A stretch of DNA of 64,000 nucleotides from Phallusia mammillata (taxonomy: Eukaryota). Below the pieces are notes generated by a model. That model saw only the letters and a program-made list of their open reading frames with translations, searched no databases and had not been told where the DNA came from. The translations under genes and the position numbers were made by a program. The DNA is taken from contig OZ281495.1 of NCBI GenBank assembly GCA_965637545.1, positions 15,314,001 through 15,378,000 of the forward strand, written 5' to 3'. Positions 46,757 through 59,015 of the stretch are shown piece after piece. Each line of letters starts with the position of its first letter. Within the stretch, counting starts at the first letter, position 1.

Positions 46757-47680
46757 TTTGTTATCTTGTTTCTTTTTCTCTTTTCTCGACTGTGCTTTTC
46801 TCTGTTTCTCAAACTAACACACCAAGGACGATGCTCGAGTCTTTATACAATACTATGTCAATAATAAAGTCTTTTTTTGTTGCATTCTTTTGTGCAAAAT
46901 TTCCAAATCATATGACCAAATTAAATTTGTGGAACCGTCAGAAACAGTAAATTGATTGAACTAGTCAGGACAGGACCGAGTCTATGTGACATTTAATTTC
47001 AGCAAAAACATCGAGAATACAAAGCTCTTCGTCTTACTGGGATACCACAGGTAAACACAGTAACAATTTTCCTGCTCTTCAATTAAAATGACAGTTTTAC
47101 AAGATGGGTTTATAACCTTGTGGGCACCAGAAGCTTTCAATATGTGTACTTTTAACTGTTGTCACACAAAAAAACCACCAGCCCTCATCCTGAACTTTCT
47201 AAGCGGTCGCCCAACATAGTTTTGACGTTTATCCGATATGTGCCAAATTTTCAAGATTTATGTGGTTTATTGATAACACAAGTCAATGTCTTTGTACTTT
47301 ACATACCAAACATCATTATCGCCAAAAAATCTATATCTTTTTTTATATTCATGAATAAATTACATGTTTAAGTTTAACTGATCTTGTTTAGGTTAGACAG
47401 ATTAATAAACACGGAATATAAATGTAGGTTTCCTTATCCAAATTCAGCAAACGAAATTTTTGTTTTTACAGATATAAGTCACATTTTTATTACGAGGATA
47501 CGCCACTATGGGACAAAATCAAAGTTTTTTGCGTCCCCTTTTTTGAATGGTTTACTTAACATCGATGTATTAAAAACACTTGAAGTCAATTTCTGTTTGT
47601 TATTGGATAAATTGCAATAAAATCGCAAAAATTTCTTGGCAAATGGAAGCAAGATGATTGCCACGTTTCGTGACTTATTT

Positions 47681-47900
47681 GGTAGAGCTACTAACACTGA
47701 GCTTGGGCTGGCCCCCGGCCTAAGAACTTCTGATAAGTGGCGCAACAGAGCACAGTCGTTTATGGTGCTGTTACAGCAATTTAGGTTCATGGTAAGAATA
47801 ATTGCTGAGTCAGCACCATAAACGCCTATGCTCTTTTGCGTCACCTACTAGAAGTTCTTAGGCCGGGGGCCAGCCCAAGCTCAGTGTTAGTAGCTCTACC
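47681..47900. mobile_element. Foldback/Mutator-like MITE, almost entirely palindromic
   Basis: About 51-bp perfect outer inverted repeat extending imperfectly to about 100 bp. 9-bp flanking repeat GACTTATTT / GACTTACTT. Confidence 0.85.
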
Positions 47901-48544
47901 GACTTACTTAAACATTGCATCATCCAAACTTGTATGTCAAAGCTGTTCCTTTATTTCTACACGTGGTCCTTGGTCGGCAAGTGATGTTTTATTCGACTGT
48001 GAAAGAAGGGCTGTAGTAAAAATAACAACTTTGCTGAGGTTTAAATACCAACCAACCGGTTTTACAACCTATTAAAGTCTAAACGATAGAATTGTGACGT
48101 TTACATTACTTTTTTTAGTCCCTTTCCACGACGCCAATGTTTTGCCATTTGAAATAGCTTGGCTATTTTAAACGTCGGTAAGCAGAAATACTTTTGCTTA
48201 ATAGTTTACATTGTATTTAAAATACGAATTGCCAATCAAACTTGAACCAAAACTCACATACAACATCTTATCAGAAAGTGCCTCACACCGCAGCAGAGGA
48301 AAAGGTTGAGCCAGAGAAGTTTTAGGAGATCTGTAATAAAAAATGTTGAATTTTAATACATGCTTAGCGGCGATCAATATAATTTAATAATTGTTGTTTT
48401 ATAACAATTAAAGTTGTTTGCATCAAAGGAGGATAGCGTTCAATAATACTCGCATGGTTTTCGGTTCCTATCATGTATTATTAATCACGTAATAAAACAA
48501 GGTTTTAAGCCTATCGTCTACACTGTAGAGTCTACAGTGTAGAC

Positions 48545-49634
48545 CAGGGGTGGGCAAACTTTTCAGTGCAAGGGCCGCATTCAAAAGTTTATAATCTTCT
48601 CGGGCCGCATGGTATTTCACCAACGGCCGCCAATTGTTTGCTTGTTGTTTTGTTTTAAAACAACTGATGTAAAGAATAAGGTTTGTATCATATTATACCA
48701 TTTAAAGTCGCCTAAGATGCTCTGATTAACAATTTCTAACTTGTGCACAAGTTTAGCTGAACAGAGCTAAGTGTTTATGACGTCATAAACTGTATTGTGA
48801 CGATTGCAGTGCCCGTTTTTTCGCATTGTTTGCACATAATAAGCGGTTAAAAAGCCTGGCGCATATGGTTGCTAGACTGGTAATCTTTTTTCCAGTTCCA
48901 CGAAATTTGTTTTAGCAGTTTGAAAATCAAAATATTTAGCAAAATAGATTGCGGCCGCAGGTTGTGCACCCCTGCGCAAAATTATTACATAGTATATTTT
49001 CAGCTTTATGCAAATACGTTTGTTCATGATTGTACAAACAGTGGTTGAAACGCTACAATTGTAATTGTTTTTTTTAAAAAAACAAGCGTTTGTTGCAACA
49101 AAGGCTGAACCACGTTTTTTGTTAATGAAGTCCTTGTGTCAAAGTTTGGGCGTCAACAGTGCAAAGTGGGCTGTATTTGAAAACGTGAATCGCTTTTACT
49201 TTTATCGAACGAAGAAATTGTGTCAAGTGACGATTTGCATTATAACGTGGCAGGCTAAAGCACGTGAAAAGTATCTGTGTTTAGTTTCAAAGTATCGTGC
49301 TCAGTGTTTTTTTAAGGTGTTTCGGTCCCCCAAATTTCTCCAGCGGTTTCCCAAAATTTGGAAATGGCTATATTTTGGTATTTAAATGAAACACTTGCGG
49401 TCTCTTAAAACTACTTTTAGCGGTCACCCAAACTAAACCTTAAAAAAAAACTGATCGTGCGGGTACAGATACTGCACATGGCATTGGTATCGGCAAGTCA
49501 CACCCCCGGTATTTTTAAAACTCTGCGCCTGTGCTCATAGCACTATTCAGCGTTACTCGGAAACATTTGGCGGGCCGCATGAACTCCTTTGCCGGGCCGC
49601 ATGCGGCCCGCGGGCCGTAGTTTGCCCACCCCTG
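48545..49634. mobile_element. hAT-type non-autonomous element (~1.1 kb)
   Basis: TIR CAGGGGTGGGCAAACT / AGTTTGCCCACCCCTG, perfect 8-bp TSD GTGTAGAC. Confidence 0.92.
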
Positions 49635-49642
49635 GTGTAGAC

Positions 49643-49986
49643 GATACCGGAAAACACACAAAAAAGATAAAACAACATAACAGTGTAGTAATTAGTTCGA
49701 AGAAAATCGAATAAACTAGCGGGGCATTATTTACGTAGTATGTACAAAACGTTGATTGATAAAACACTGTAGACTCTACAGTGACAACTAGTAACTTATA
49801 GTGTAAGTGCTTCTCCAATACTAATTCAAGGCCAGTTAATATTGTATTTTTCAGCAACCAACCATTTTATCAATCAACGTTTTTTACATACTACGTAAAT
49901 AATGCCCCGCTAGTTTATTCGATTTTCTTCGAACTAATTACTACACTGTTATGTTGTTTTATCTTTTTTGTGTGTTTTCCGGTATC
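49643..49986. repeat. ~120-bp near-perfect inverted repeat with ~100-bp spacer
   Basis: GATACCGGAAAACACAC...GTTGATTGATAAAA (49643-49764) pairs with TTTTATCAATCAAC...GTGTGTTTTCCGGTATC (49865-49986). Confidence 0.9.
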
Positions 49987-50206
49987 TTTAATACTCCTTG
50001 TGGGCTGGGAAATGGGCAAAAAACGAGAAGTGAATATGCGTTTTTACATTAATTTATGGTCGGTTTGAAACTTAATGTTAAAGGTAATGTGGGGGACATG
50101 ACATATACTATTAGGCGTAGCTTGGTAGCAGGAAATGCATTATCCTGTGTGAATTAAAGTAAACAGCAAACAATTAGATGCCCTTGTTACTATGTTCTAT
50201 TTGCAC

Positions 50207-50641
50207 CAGTGGTTCTTTACCTGGGGTTCGGGGACCCCGAAGGGGTCCATGAGATGGTTTCAGGGGAGGGAAATATGTTAAGTATCATTAACCAACAGAA
50301 GAATATTTTTAGGTTTAACCGTTTTTACAACCCTGCATACGAGTGCACGCTGTTCATCGCACCTTAATTGGGCCAAGAACATATAATTTTTGTAATTGTT
50401 TTCGCTATTGTGACATCATAACACACATTGTCAATAGACTTTATAGGACAAGTGATTTGTGCAGAAACGTCATTGATTTTAAAGGACTGTGAAGGCGGAT
50501 TTAAATGCTTCTAAAGCATGACAGGGTATAATGCAAGAAGCGTGAAACATAAAAAGACGTATAGTAAATTGCGTTGGGTGTCCACAGACTTACAAAATTC
50601 ATAAAAGGGGTCCGTGAATACAAAAAGGTTAAGAACCACTG
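50207..50641. mobile_element. hAT-type MITE
   Basis: TIR CAGTGGTTCTTTACC / GGTTAAGAACCACTG, perfect 8-bp TSD ATTTGCAC. Confidence 0.92.
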
Positions 50642-51320
50642 ATTTGCACACTTCGTTTGAAACCACACCAACTCTTGGTTTGGTATTGTCTGTTACTTAA
50701 CACAACGCATGCAAATACTGTACATGGCTAGAAAGATGATGATAAAATGCAACGGTACAAGATGTCAAAAAGTGACAACTGACGATAGATGTCGCGGACT
50801 AAAAATACAACGATGGCGAAATACAGCACAATGTTTGGCAATGGCGTAACAATTTTAAATGTAGCGACAACACACGTAACTTTACACAACTGTGCTGACG
50901 CAAAAAAATGTTAAATTAGGAAAATACCGAGTTATTCGGGGCACAACGTGGATTTTATTGCACCGATAGGAGACACAAATCTAAACTTTTGCCAACGGGA
51001 AAGTTAAAATATAGCCCAGTTAACTGTTGCTGCGTTTCCTCTTCTATGAACAGGGAGTATTAAAATCTTTTTTTCAGTAACGAAGCAAATAAACGTTGTT
51101 TGATCTAAGTGTGGCAACAAAGTTTAATGGAGATCAATCTTTTGTTCGCGGAACTTTTCAAAATCATAAAACTAAATTAAGTTTGGCTAAAATGTCAGAA
51201 GCAGTAAAATCATTGGGCTTGTCAAAACAAGATTATGTCTTGCGTCTCGTCTAACTTCCACCGATTGCGTAACACCAAAGGTACACAAATATTTTCGTCT
51301 TTCTGGGATACCATAGGGCC

Positions 51321-51658
51321 CAGTGGTGGCCAAACTACGGCCCGCGGGCCGCATCCGGCCCCCAGTCCTGTTTCATCCGGCCCGCCAAACACCTTGCCTG
51401 CTTTTTTTTTACTCCAGACTTTAAAAGGCTTCTTCAAAATTGTGGACAGTTTTTATCTCATTGATATATAAACCTTTTATTTAATACAAGTGTAAACAAG
51501 ATGGTGTTATTTATTGTTATTCTACTACAATATTATATATTTTAATAAAGATGGCAACCAGTTACGACAAATTTTACGTAAATCTCTTTTAATCCGGCCC
51601 TCCAGTGGCAAGACAGTTGCAAATTTGGCCCTCTGGTAAAAAAGTTTGGCCACCCCAT
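51321..51658. mobile_element. hAT-type MITE
   Basis: CAGTGGTGGCCAAACTACGGCCCGCGGGCCG ... AAGTTTGGCCACCCC. TSD is imperfect. Confidence 0.8.
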
Positions 51659-53415
51659 AGGCAAACACAATTGTCACATATTCAACGGTGTCAGTGATGT
51701 AATGTTCTGCCTTACAGTAATGTTCTGCCTTTTTCCCTTCGTTGTACGTCATACCGTTGTTACGTCACATAGCTGATTGTGCCGATATGTGGTGTGATGC
51801 TGTTTACATACGGGACATTCATTCTATTATTGAGTTGTTGAAAACACCACGTGTTTTAACTGCGTGTGGCTTGATATAAAATTACAACAGAACAAGTTAA
51901 GAAGTAAGGTGTCCGAACTCTCACTTGTATGCAAGGCAGGCAAACCGTGAAACAATAATAATAATGGAAAGCAAAGTCGTCAGAAATAGCGATTAGGCTA
52001 ATTATACCTCGGGTTTAAAACATGCACAACTTATTTGCTTACTTTCGGTTTTAGAAAGGAGTTGTAAAGCTAGTTCTACTGGCATGCATTTACGAAATAT
52101 AATGCATATGAGTATTAACAGTGTGTCAAAATATTCACGGATTTGAGAATATGTGTATTATTTTATTTACGAATGCAGAATATGTCGATCAAAGTGTGTC
52201 ACAGTATTACTTAAAACCTTTTCTCAAACATACATTTTACATTAATTTTAATTACAAAAAGAACAAGGATAATAAAAAATTAAATTGTAAACAATACTGC
52301 GGTGCGACAAAAGTAAAGTTTCGCTTTTTACAATTTTCAAAGTAAATTTAATCGACAATAATTAAATTTCGGTTGGATATGGAATTATCAAATGGTAACG
52401 AGACCATTTTTTTTTAAATCGACAAGCCGAAACACGACCATGCCAAGTTTTTACATATCTTATTTATGACAACCAAATTGTGTTTTGCAATTTCGTTTAA
52501 TTTAAACGATTAAATGGTAACGTTTACACTACTTTTATTAGTTCCTCCAAGTACACCACGTTAAATCATGTGTTGTCATTAAAGCTTTGTTATTAAAAAA
52601 CCCTGTACGAAGACAAAATTTATTAGTTTCCGATGAAACATTTGATCGACAATATACCATGTTTGTGGCTTTACCAAATGTTGACTGCAATAAACCAGTA
52701 TTTAATTATACGCTATATTTGTAAAATCTTTTACGGGTCTTAAGTTCAAACATAGAACTTTAACTATATAAGCTCGTTTTTGGGGTTTCCGAATTTAAAA
52801 ACCTAAGGTAGTTATAGCCATATAGGACGAAAGAAAACGTTTTGGCTTTATTTCTGGAATACCCAAATTTACACAACTAACATAAGAACATACTCCAGAC
52901 AAAGTCTGTGAATGCCGATAGGTGGCGCAAAAAGTACAGTTATCAAATTAGCTATGAGACTGGAGTGACGCCAGTGACATTTGCGTTATGGGTATTTATT
53001 AAAATTTGTCTGATGTAAGTTGTTCAGCATATTTTCCCACAAATTCAAATTTTGATAATCTCAACGATATTTTGTCTCATTAATGTTTTCGTTGTCTGAT
53101 TTATTTAGTTACAATGGTGGTTGGAATTTTGGAAATATATTGACAAGTGTAGCGGCCGTGATTTACACAAATCTGTGCATGACATTTAATACAATTACAT
53201 AACCTAATTACGTATCAACTTATTGGGAGTCCAGGTTTAAACTACAGGCACTTTAACGGACGTTTCAGCACTTTTACAATCAACTTTAGCATTCATGTTG
53301 TTATAGCTGCACATAATAAACTGCAATGTTAGCACATAAATATTTCAAAACTAATTATGTTCAACCACTACGAACTAAGAATGCTAAACAGGCTGCTCAC
53401 AACACAGAAAGAAAC

Positions 53416-53670
53416 GACTAAAAGCTTGACTGTCTGACTGGGCTGACTGGCCTGACTCCGACGGAAGTGTTTCACAAAATATATTTCCGATTGTCGGCGA
53501 TTGGGAAAGGCCTGACTGAAACACAGAAGGCCTGACTTGGGTGATTGAGAATTGGGTGTTGGTTAGGGTTGGGGTTGGGGTCAGGGTTAAAATCAGTCCG
53601 AAAATATATTGTGAAACACTGCCGCCGAAGTCAGGCCAGTCAGCCCAGTCAGGCAGTTAGGCTTTTAGTC
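53416..53670. mobile_element. MITE with ~75-bp inverted arms and a central telomere-like tract
   Basis: GACTAAAAGCTTGACTGTCTGACTGGGCTGACTGGCCTGACT / AGTCAGGCCAGTCAGCCCAGTCAGGCAGTTAGGCTTTTAGTC. Internal GGTTAGGGTTGGGGTTGGGGTCAGGGTT. AAAC on both flanks. Confidence 0.8.
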
Positions 53671-55215
53671 AAACCCGAAAGAAACTGGAAAACGTGGTCA
53701 GCAGTCTGCACAAGATTGCACCAGTAATGACATCACACGCATTGTTACGTTTGCGATTTCTCCACCAATAACTGCAGATGCTTTGTTACATCACAGTCAA
53801 TGAAGTCAGATGACTGCCGTAAACTTGAAACAGGAAAATAAAGCACATACAAGTAAATTCTCGCTGTAACAGCAAGCGACGGATCGATAATAATAGGCTA
53901 TATTCATCACTGCCACAAAGCTGACAAAAATTGGACCGAAACTGGCATCGTAAATTACAAAAAATTAACTATAGTAAAGCTGCGCAGTTTTACTGTTGAA
54001 AAGTACAGAACGGATATTCCAGTTTATAACATAATATTTAATACAAGTCTATCAGTGACCTTTTTTGTGTGAAGAGAGTGGAAATACAAATAATTCAGGA
54101 ATTTCAGTTTACTATTACGTCCGCTTTAACCGTTTCTAAATTGCTTTGAACAATTATCACAACTCAAACTACATACATTGTGACACAGATTTTGGTAAAA
54201 ACAACAATCATTAAACAAAGTACCAAATGCAAAAAGAATTTTTAGTCATTTTTATAATTTTATATGTTTCAAATGGCAATTTATAGTTCATTGAAACAGC
54301 TCATCCACAAAGAGGAATTGTAGGCCATACATACATATATTTGAAATTTAATGTTGCAAATGCGCGAGTATCCGATTTTAATGCGCAATAGTCTCATTAT
54401 TCTACGCAAAAGGGGGCCTATGTAAAACGCAAATAGAGGGTACCTGCTAACTGATGTTGCTTGTTTTTTTGTGTCGTCTTGGGGCAGCACCAAAAGTAAA
54501 AAACAAATTGTGATTTATCATAGGTATTAAGCAATGTCCATCACTTATGTGCCATGTATTTTGCGAAGACTGACTCATCATAACTTTGTTTATTCACAAA
54601 AGAAATCACGTTTGTGTTGAATGTCGTAGTTCCGGCCTCTTCGGTAACATCGAAGCAAACTAAAGCAAACAATATTTATGCAACCTTTACTGGGTTTTAA
54701 CTCAAAACCGTGTGTAAATACGATATTTGAATTGAATTCAGTTTCGAAACTATTGGACAAAACCTCATGTTTACTGATAAAACAAAAACATGTTTTGTTC
54801 AATGTCAAAGTTGCGACATGGAAACTGACAACAATGCCCCGGTAATTTCCAAGTTAAAAATATCCTCATGCGCAACTTTTTGTTGATGTCTGAAAAATGT
54901 TTTGGAATAACATATTGAATTCGACGGTGACTTGCAAAATTTAGTAATTGTCCGCGTTATACCGAGGTTGTTTGGCGTGGTAAGATCAAATACACTAAGT
55001 TGTACTAAGTTATGTACATTTACTAAACGATATTTCATTATGGCATGAAGCCAAACAATACCAATCTAGATGTTATAGCAAAAAATATTTATACAATTGT
55101 CCATACAAATGGGGATAACATTATAAGAAAATAAGATAATTATTCGTCACCCTTAAGTACAATACATGTACGTGTCGGTTCCAACTACATTCAGCTATAG
55201 CTACGTAACTTTTGC

Positions 55216-58200
55216 TTATAACGACAACAGGGTTGTGATCGTCAAAGCGACCAACAGATAAAGATGATAAAACATGCATGGGGAGGCGGCACTAGTTGTT
55301 GTTGACAATGTTTCACTCATAGTTGTTGCCAGATTTGTCGTAACTTCAGTGCTCATCGCCGTAGTTTCAGTGCTGGTCGTCACATTTTCATTGCTCATTG
55401 TCACGGTTTCCATGCTCATCGTTTCAGTTGCGTTTGACGAGGCGTTCATAGATGCAGTTACAACCTAATAATTTTCCATAAATTTCCATTCAGTTTATTA
55501 TTTTAGCATAATAATAGAGTCACTTACAGCAGCCCTGACAGGACTTCCAGTAGATTGAAAGCCGACTTGAAGAGGTTGATCGCTGGTCGATGACAAGGCG
55601 ACGTACAATGGTTTGCTGCCAGATTCATTATCAACCGCTCTGCGTGATCTTGAGAAAAACCCAGCCCAATTCAAGCTGCTGTTTAAATCATCAGAGTTGA
55701 TTGTAATAACAGTTGTTCCCTGTTGGTATAAGATGTAGGTTCTAACTGTATTGATTTTGTGTATCGCCATAAGTTACAACAATATATTTGTAAAAATTTA
55801 ATTGAATGATAAAGCACTTTTTGTGGCTTAGTTTATGTTTTCATAGGTTTTTTATTAGTAGTTTATTATTTAAAACCGTTAAGCAAGGTTGTATTGCTCC
55901 AAATATTAATGTATTTTTTATCAAACGTTTCGGCACATGAATGCGCAATCATTTGAACCTAAATTTCTAATACAAACAAAAGCATGCTGTTATTTACTGT
56001 AATAATGGCCTGTCTAATTATGACAACATGTTTTTCCCCAAAAAGTCATATTTCCAAACCAGCTTTGTTAAATTAGAACTTACAGGTGTTATTACAGCCG
56101 AAAAATCATGCACAGCTGAGCTTGGATTTTGAATAGTTCCGGAAATGTAGACGACCCCTGATCCACTGTCGGGAGTGACATGAAATTCAAGCTCAACTGA
56201 TCCGTTATTTGGCAGCTGAACACTTGAGTAGTATGTATTTTCAGGTGGCACGATCACTTCAACTGTCGTGTTGTCCTTAAAAGTAAGGATTTTAAGTTAG
56301 ATGTACTGAAATTCATATGCCACTAAACTTAGTTTAACATTATATCGTACCGGGATTTCGGCAGATGCCGTGCAAGCATCATTGCTCAGTTCACCTCTCA
56401 GCACAGTTATCAATTGACTGAAGTCATCCAGTTCAAATATTCGGCTTGGAACTCCAGCAATCTCCTCTAATTCATTACGATTGATTCCGCTTCCAATGCC
56501 AACAGCAAAGACGGTTATACCGGCAACTCGCGCCTGCAAGTTTGTAAAAATAATTAAGTGTCGAATTTTTGCGTATATACAAATCGGAGCATTTTGGAGT
56601 ATTGCAAAACTGACGAATACCGTTTTAGAAGGAGATAATACATCGTCTCCGCTTTGTCCATCAGTAAGAACAACCAGAGCGCGAGGAACACCTGCAGAAA
56701 GTGGTCGAAGGCCGAACATTTCATGAAAACCAGTTTGCACAACTTCGTTTATGGCGTTTCCAGTTCTTGTTCCTCCTGTGTTGCAATAAAGGTTACAAAA
56801 TGATCGTTGTCAGTTTGCACAAATATAAACCAACCTCCGGGATATGTAGTTGCAAGGACCGCGTTTTTAAAGGCGGTGTTGTTTGTGTGCTGGTTGAAGT
56901 AACTGATAAAGCAGTGACGACTTGAATAAACTGAGAAACCGAAGCGAACGGCGTCAGGTGCAATGGAAAACTCGGATGAAAGATTTGCGACAAACTGCAA
57001 TGTTGTTTGAAAGTTGTGTGATCCAATACTTCCCGAACCATCAACCAACAACCAAATGTCAAGTTTGGAAACGATGCAACCTTTACAAATTTACAAGCAA
57101 AAAATAAAATTACATATTATAACAGACACGATAACATGTGTTCCGAAACTAACCAGTTGCGTTTTCATGTGCAATCACTCGCTCCTGGAAATCCTGTGCG
57201 TTTCCTGTGAGATTGTAATAGGTATTCCACCAGTTTGCTTGTTGGTCAAGTGGCCCAGGAACACTTGTACCAGCCAACAGTTGAACATAAAGACGAGCAG
57301 CAAAAGCTGACGTAAGCGGGATTCTAAAACATATAACCAGTGCCGGATTAAAGGTCTGCTGGCCTGTAGGCACATTTTATAAGTGGCCCGAAAATCAGGG
57401 TTGCCAACTAAAAAATTAGAATTATCAGTGTTGCCAAATTATTGTCACAAAGATCATTGTTGCAACTATAACACAGGGTACCGTGCAAAAACTTGGTCAC
57501 ATGCCTAACTAAATGACAACTTTGCGCGTTTTCGCGATTGAAAACGCGTTAACTAGTTGTTGGGGGTCAATCTTACGGAGTAGATCGCTTTCTGGCTTTC
57601 AACACAAAAAATAATTATTTTGACAACATGACTAAATTTCTACTGATTTGTGGCCTGGATTCTTGACTGGCCTGTAGGCACGTGCCTACTTTGCCTAATG
57701 GTTAATCCGGCACTGCATATAACCGTAAATTAGACCATGGTCGTGCGTCGTATCCTACCCACTTTTACCTAAAATCGGGGTCGCCTGACAAATCAGTGAT
57801 ATTTGTTCCGAACGCTATGCTTGCTGGTATGAAATATTGACTCAAAGAAAGCAGAGCCGCGGGATCAGACAATTGGGATGAAATATCCGATGTGATCTGA
57901 AACACCAAAACGTTTTTAGTCGGAATACTAAAAAAGGTTGTGTATTTTTTCTCTTTAGCCTTTAGCATCACTATAGTTCATATTGTGTTATGAGACTTAC
58001 TTGCCAAATGCCACCCAATTCGTTGGCAATATCCGTTCCAAAATTCGTTTCGACTAAAGCAATACGTTTCAGCAATCCAAAGTCATTTGGAAACACATTA
58101 AGTGCTTCAAGTTTTGCAATCGATGCATCCACAACATCTTCACCACTCGCATCAGGCACCAAAGTCAAATCAACTGACTGTGTTCTGTAAGAAGTGGTCA

Positions 58201-58355
58201 TAAGTTTGTTTGTTTTTTCAATTTGCCCTTAATGACGTTGAAATTACTTTAGTTTTTACCCATTTTATGCTTAATTTTTTGTGAAACTTACACTTTTACC
58301 TTGTAACTTTAAACAAGTTGTATAGAATAAATGCCATTCCAACTTTGAAAAACAT
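55216..58355 (-). CDS. Array copy C (intact): signal - lysozyme/lytic-transglycosylase-like - VWA - PPC-like(RSRR) - Ser/Thr stalk - GPI signal; 10 exons
   Basis: Signal exon MFFKVGMAFILYNLFKVTR (phase-2 donor). KRIALVETNFG...GGIWQ; AFAARLYVQ...QQANWWNTYYN; MIDAS DGSGS/T/LTDG; FFSRSRRAV; ends SAASPCMFYHLYLLVALTITTLLSL*. No stops found. Confidence 0.88.
57338..57715. mobile_element. hAT-type MITE in an intron of copy C, next to the splice acceptor
   Basis: TIR CAGTGCCGGATTAA / TTAATCCGGCACTG, perfect 8-bp TSD CATATAAC. Confidence 0.93.
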
Positions 58356-58656
58356 TTTTGTCACAAAAAAAGTCTTTCATACGGACAAGAAAACTTTCTC
58401 CAACATCTGTATGGTCAGGGTGAGATACGGAATCGGTTTTATATAGTATCTGTGATGATCCAAGCTATGTACACAAATCAATTCATTGAATAGGTTGGAA
58501 ATCCCGTTTTCAACAAAGGGAACGTTCTTCGCGGAACTTTACAAAATCTGAAAACATTTGCTGTTTGCTTTCCTGGTGCCAGTAACGATAAATACACAGG
58601 TACCATGATAAGGCATACACAGGTACCATGATAAGTTGTGATAAGGCACACCAGTT

Positions 58657-59015
58657 CAGAGTTGTGGGCGAAACTGAACGGGCCCGGACTCAACCCAAAA
58701 CCGAAAGTACAACCCCGAAAACCACCCCGGTATTTTTGTTAAAAGTTTGCCCCGAACTCAGTGGCATAAACAAAGACTACAATTTGACTGCAGCTTGTCT
58801 TTTATAATCCGGTTTTGGTTGAAATTTACAAAACCAGTCATTTTTCATTTCCTAAACTTAGCTTATACCAGTCACACGCAACGATCGGGAAAAATCTAAA
58901 TGACAGCTTTTCTAATTATCACTTTTACGGAGCTCGGGTAAAAACCCGCACAGTTTTATGTTTGTGTATGGATTTAAGCGTCTCAGTCTATTTTAGGCCA
59001 AAACGTTACCGGAAC
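58657..59015. mobile_element. Decayed relative of the 40048 MITE family, upstream of copy C
   Basis: Start CAGAGTTG...CGGGCCCG...ACCGAAAGTACAACCCCG resembles the left end of the 40048 element. Right end uncertain. Confidence 0.4.
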
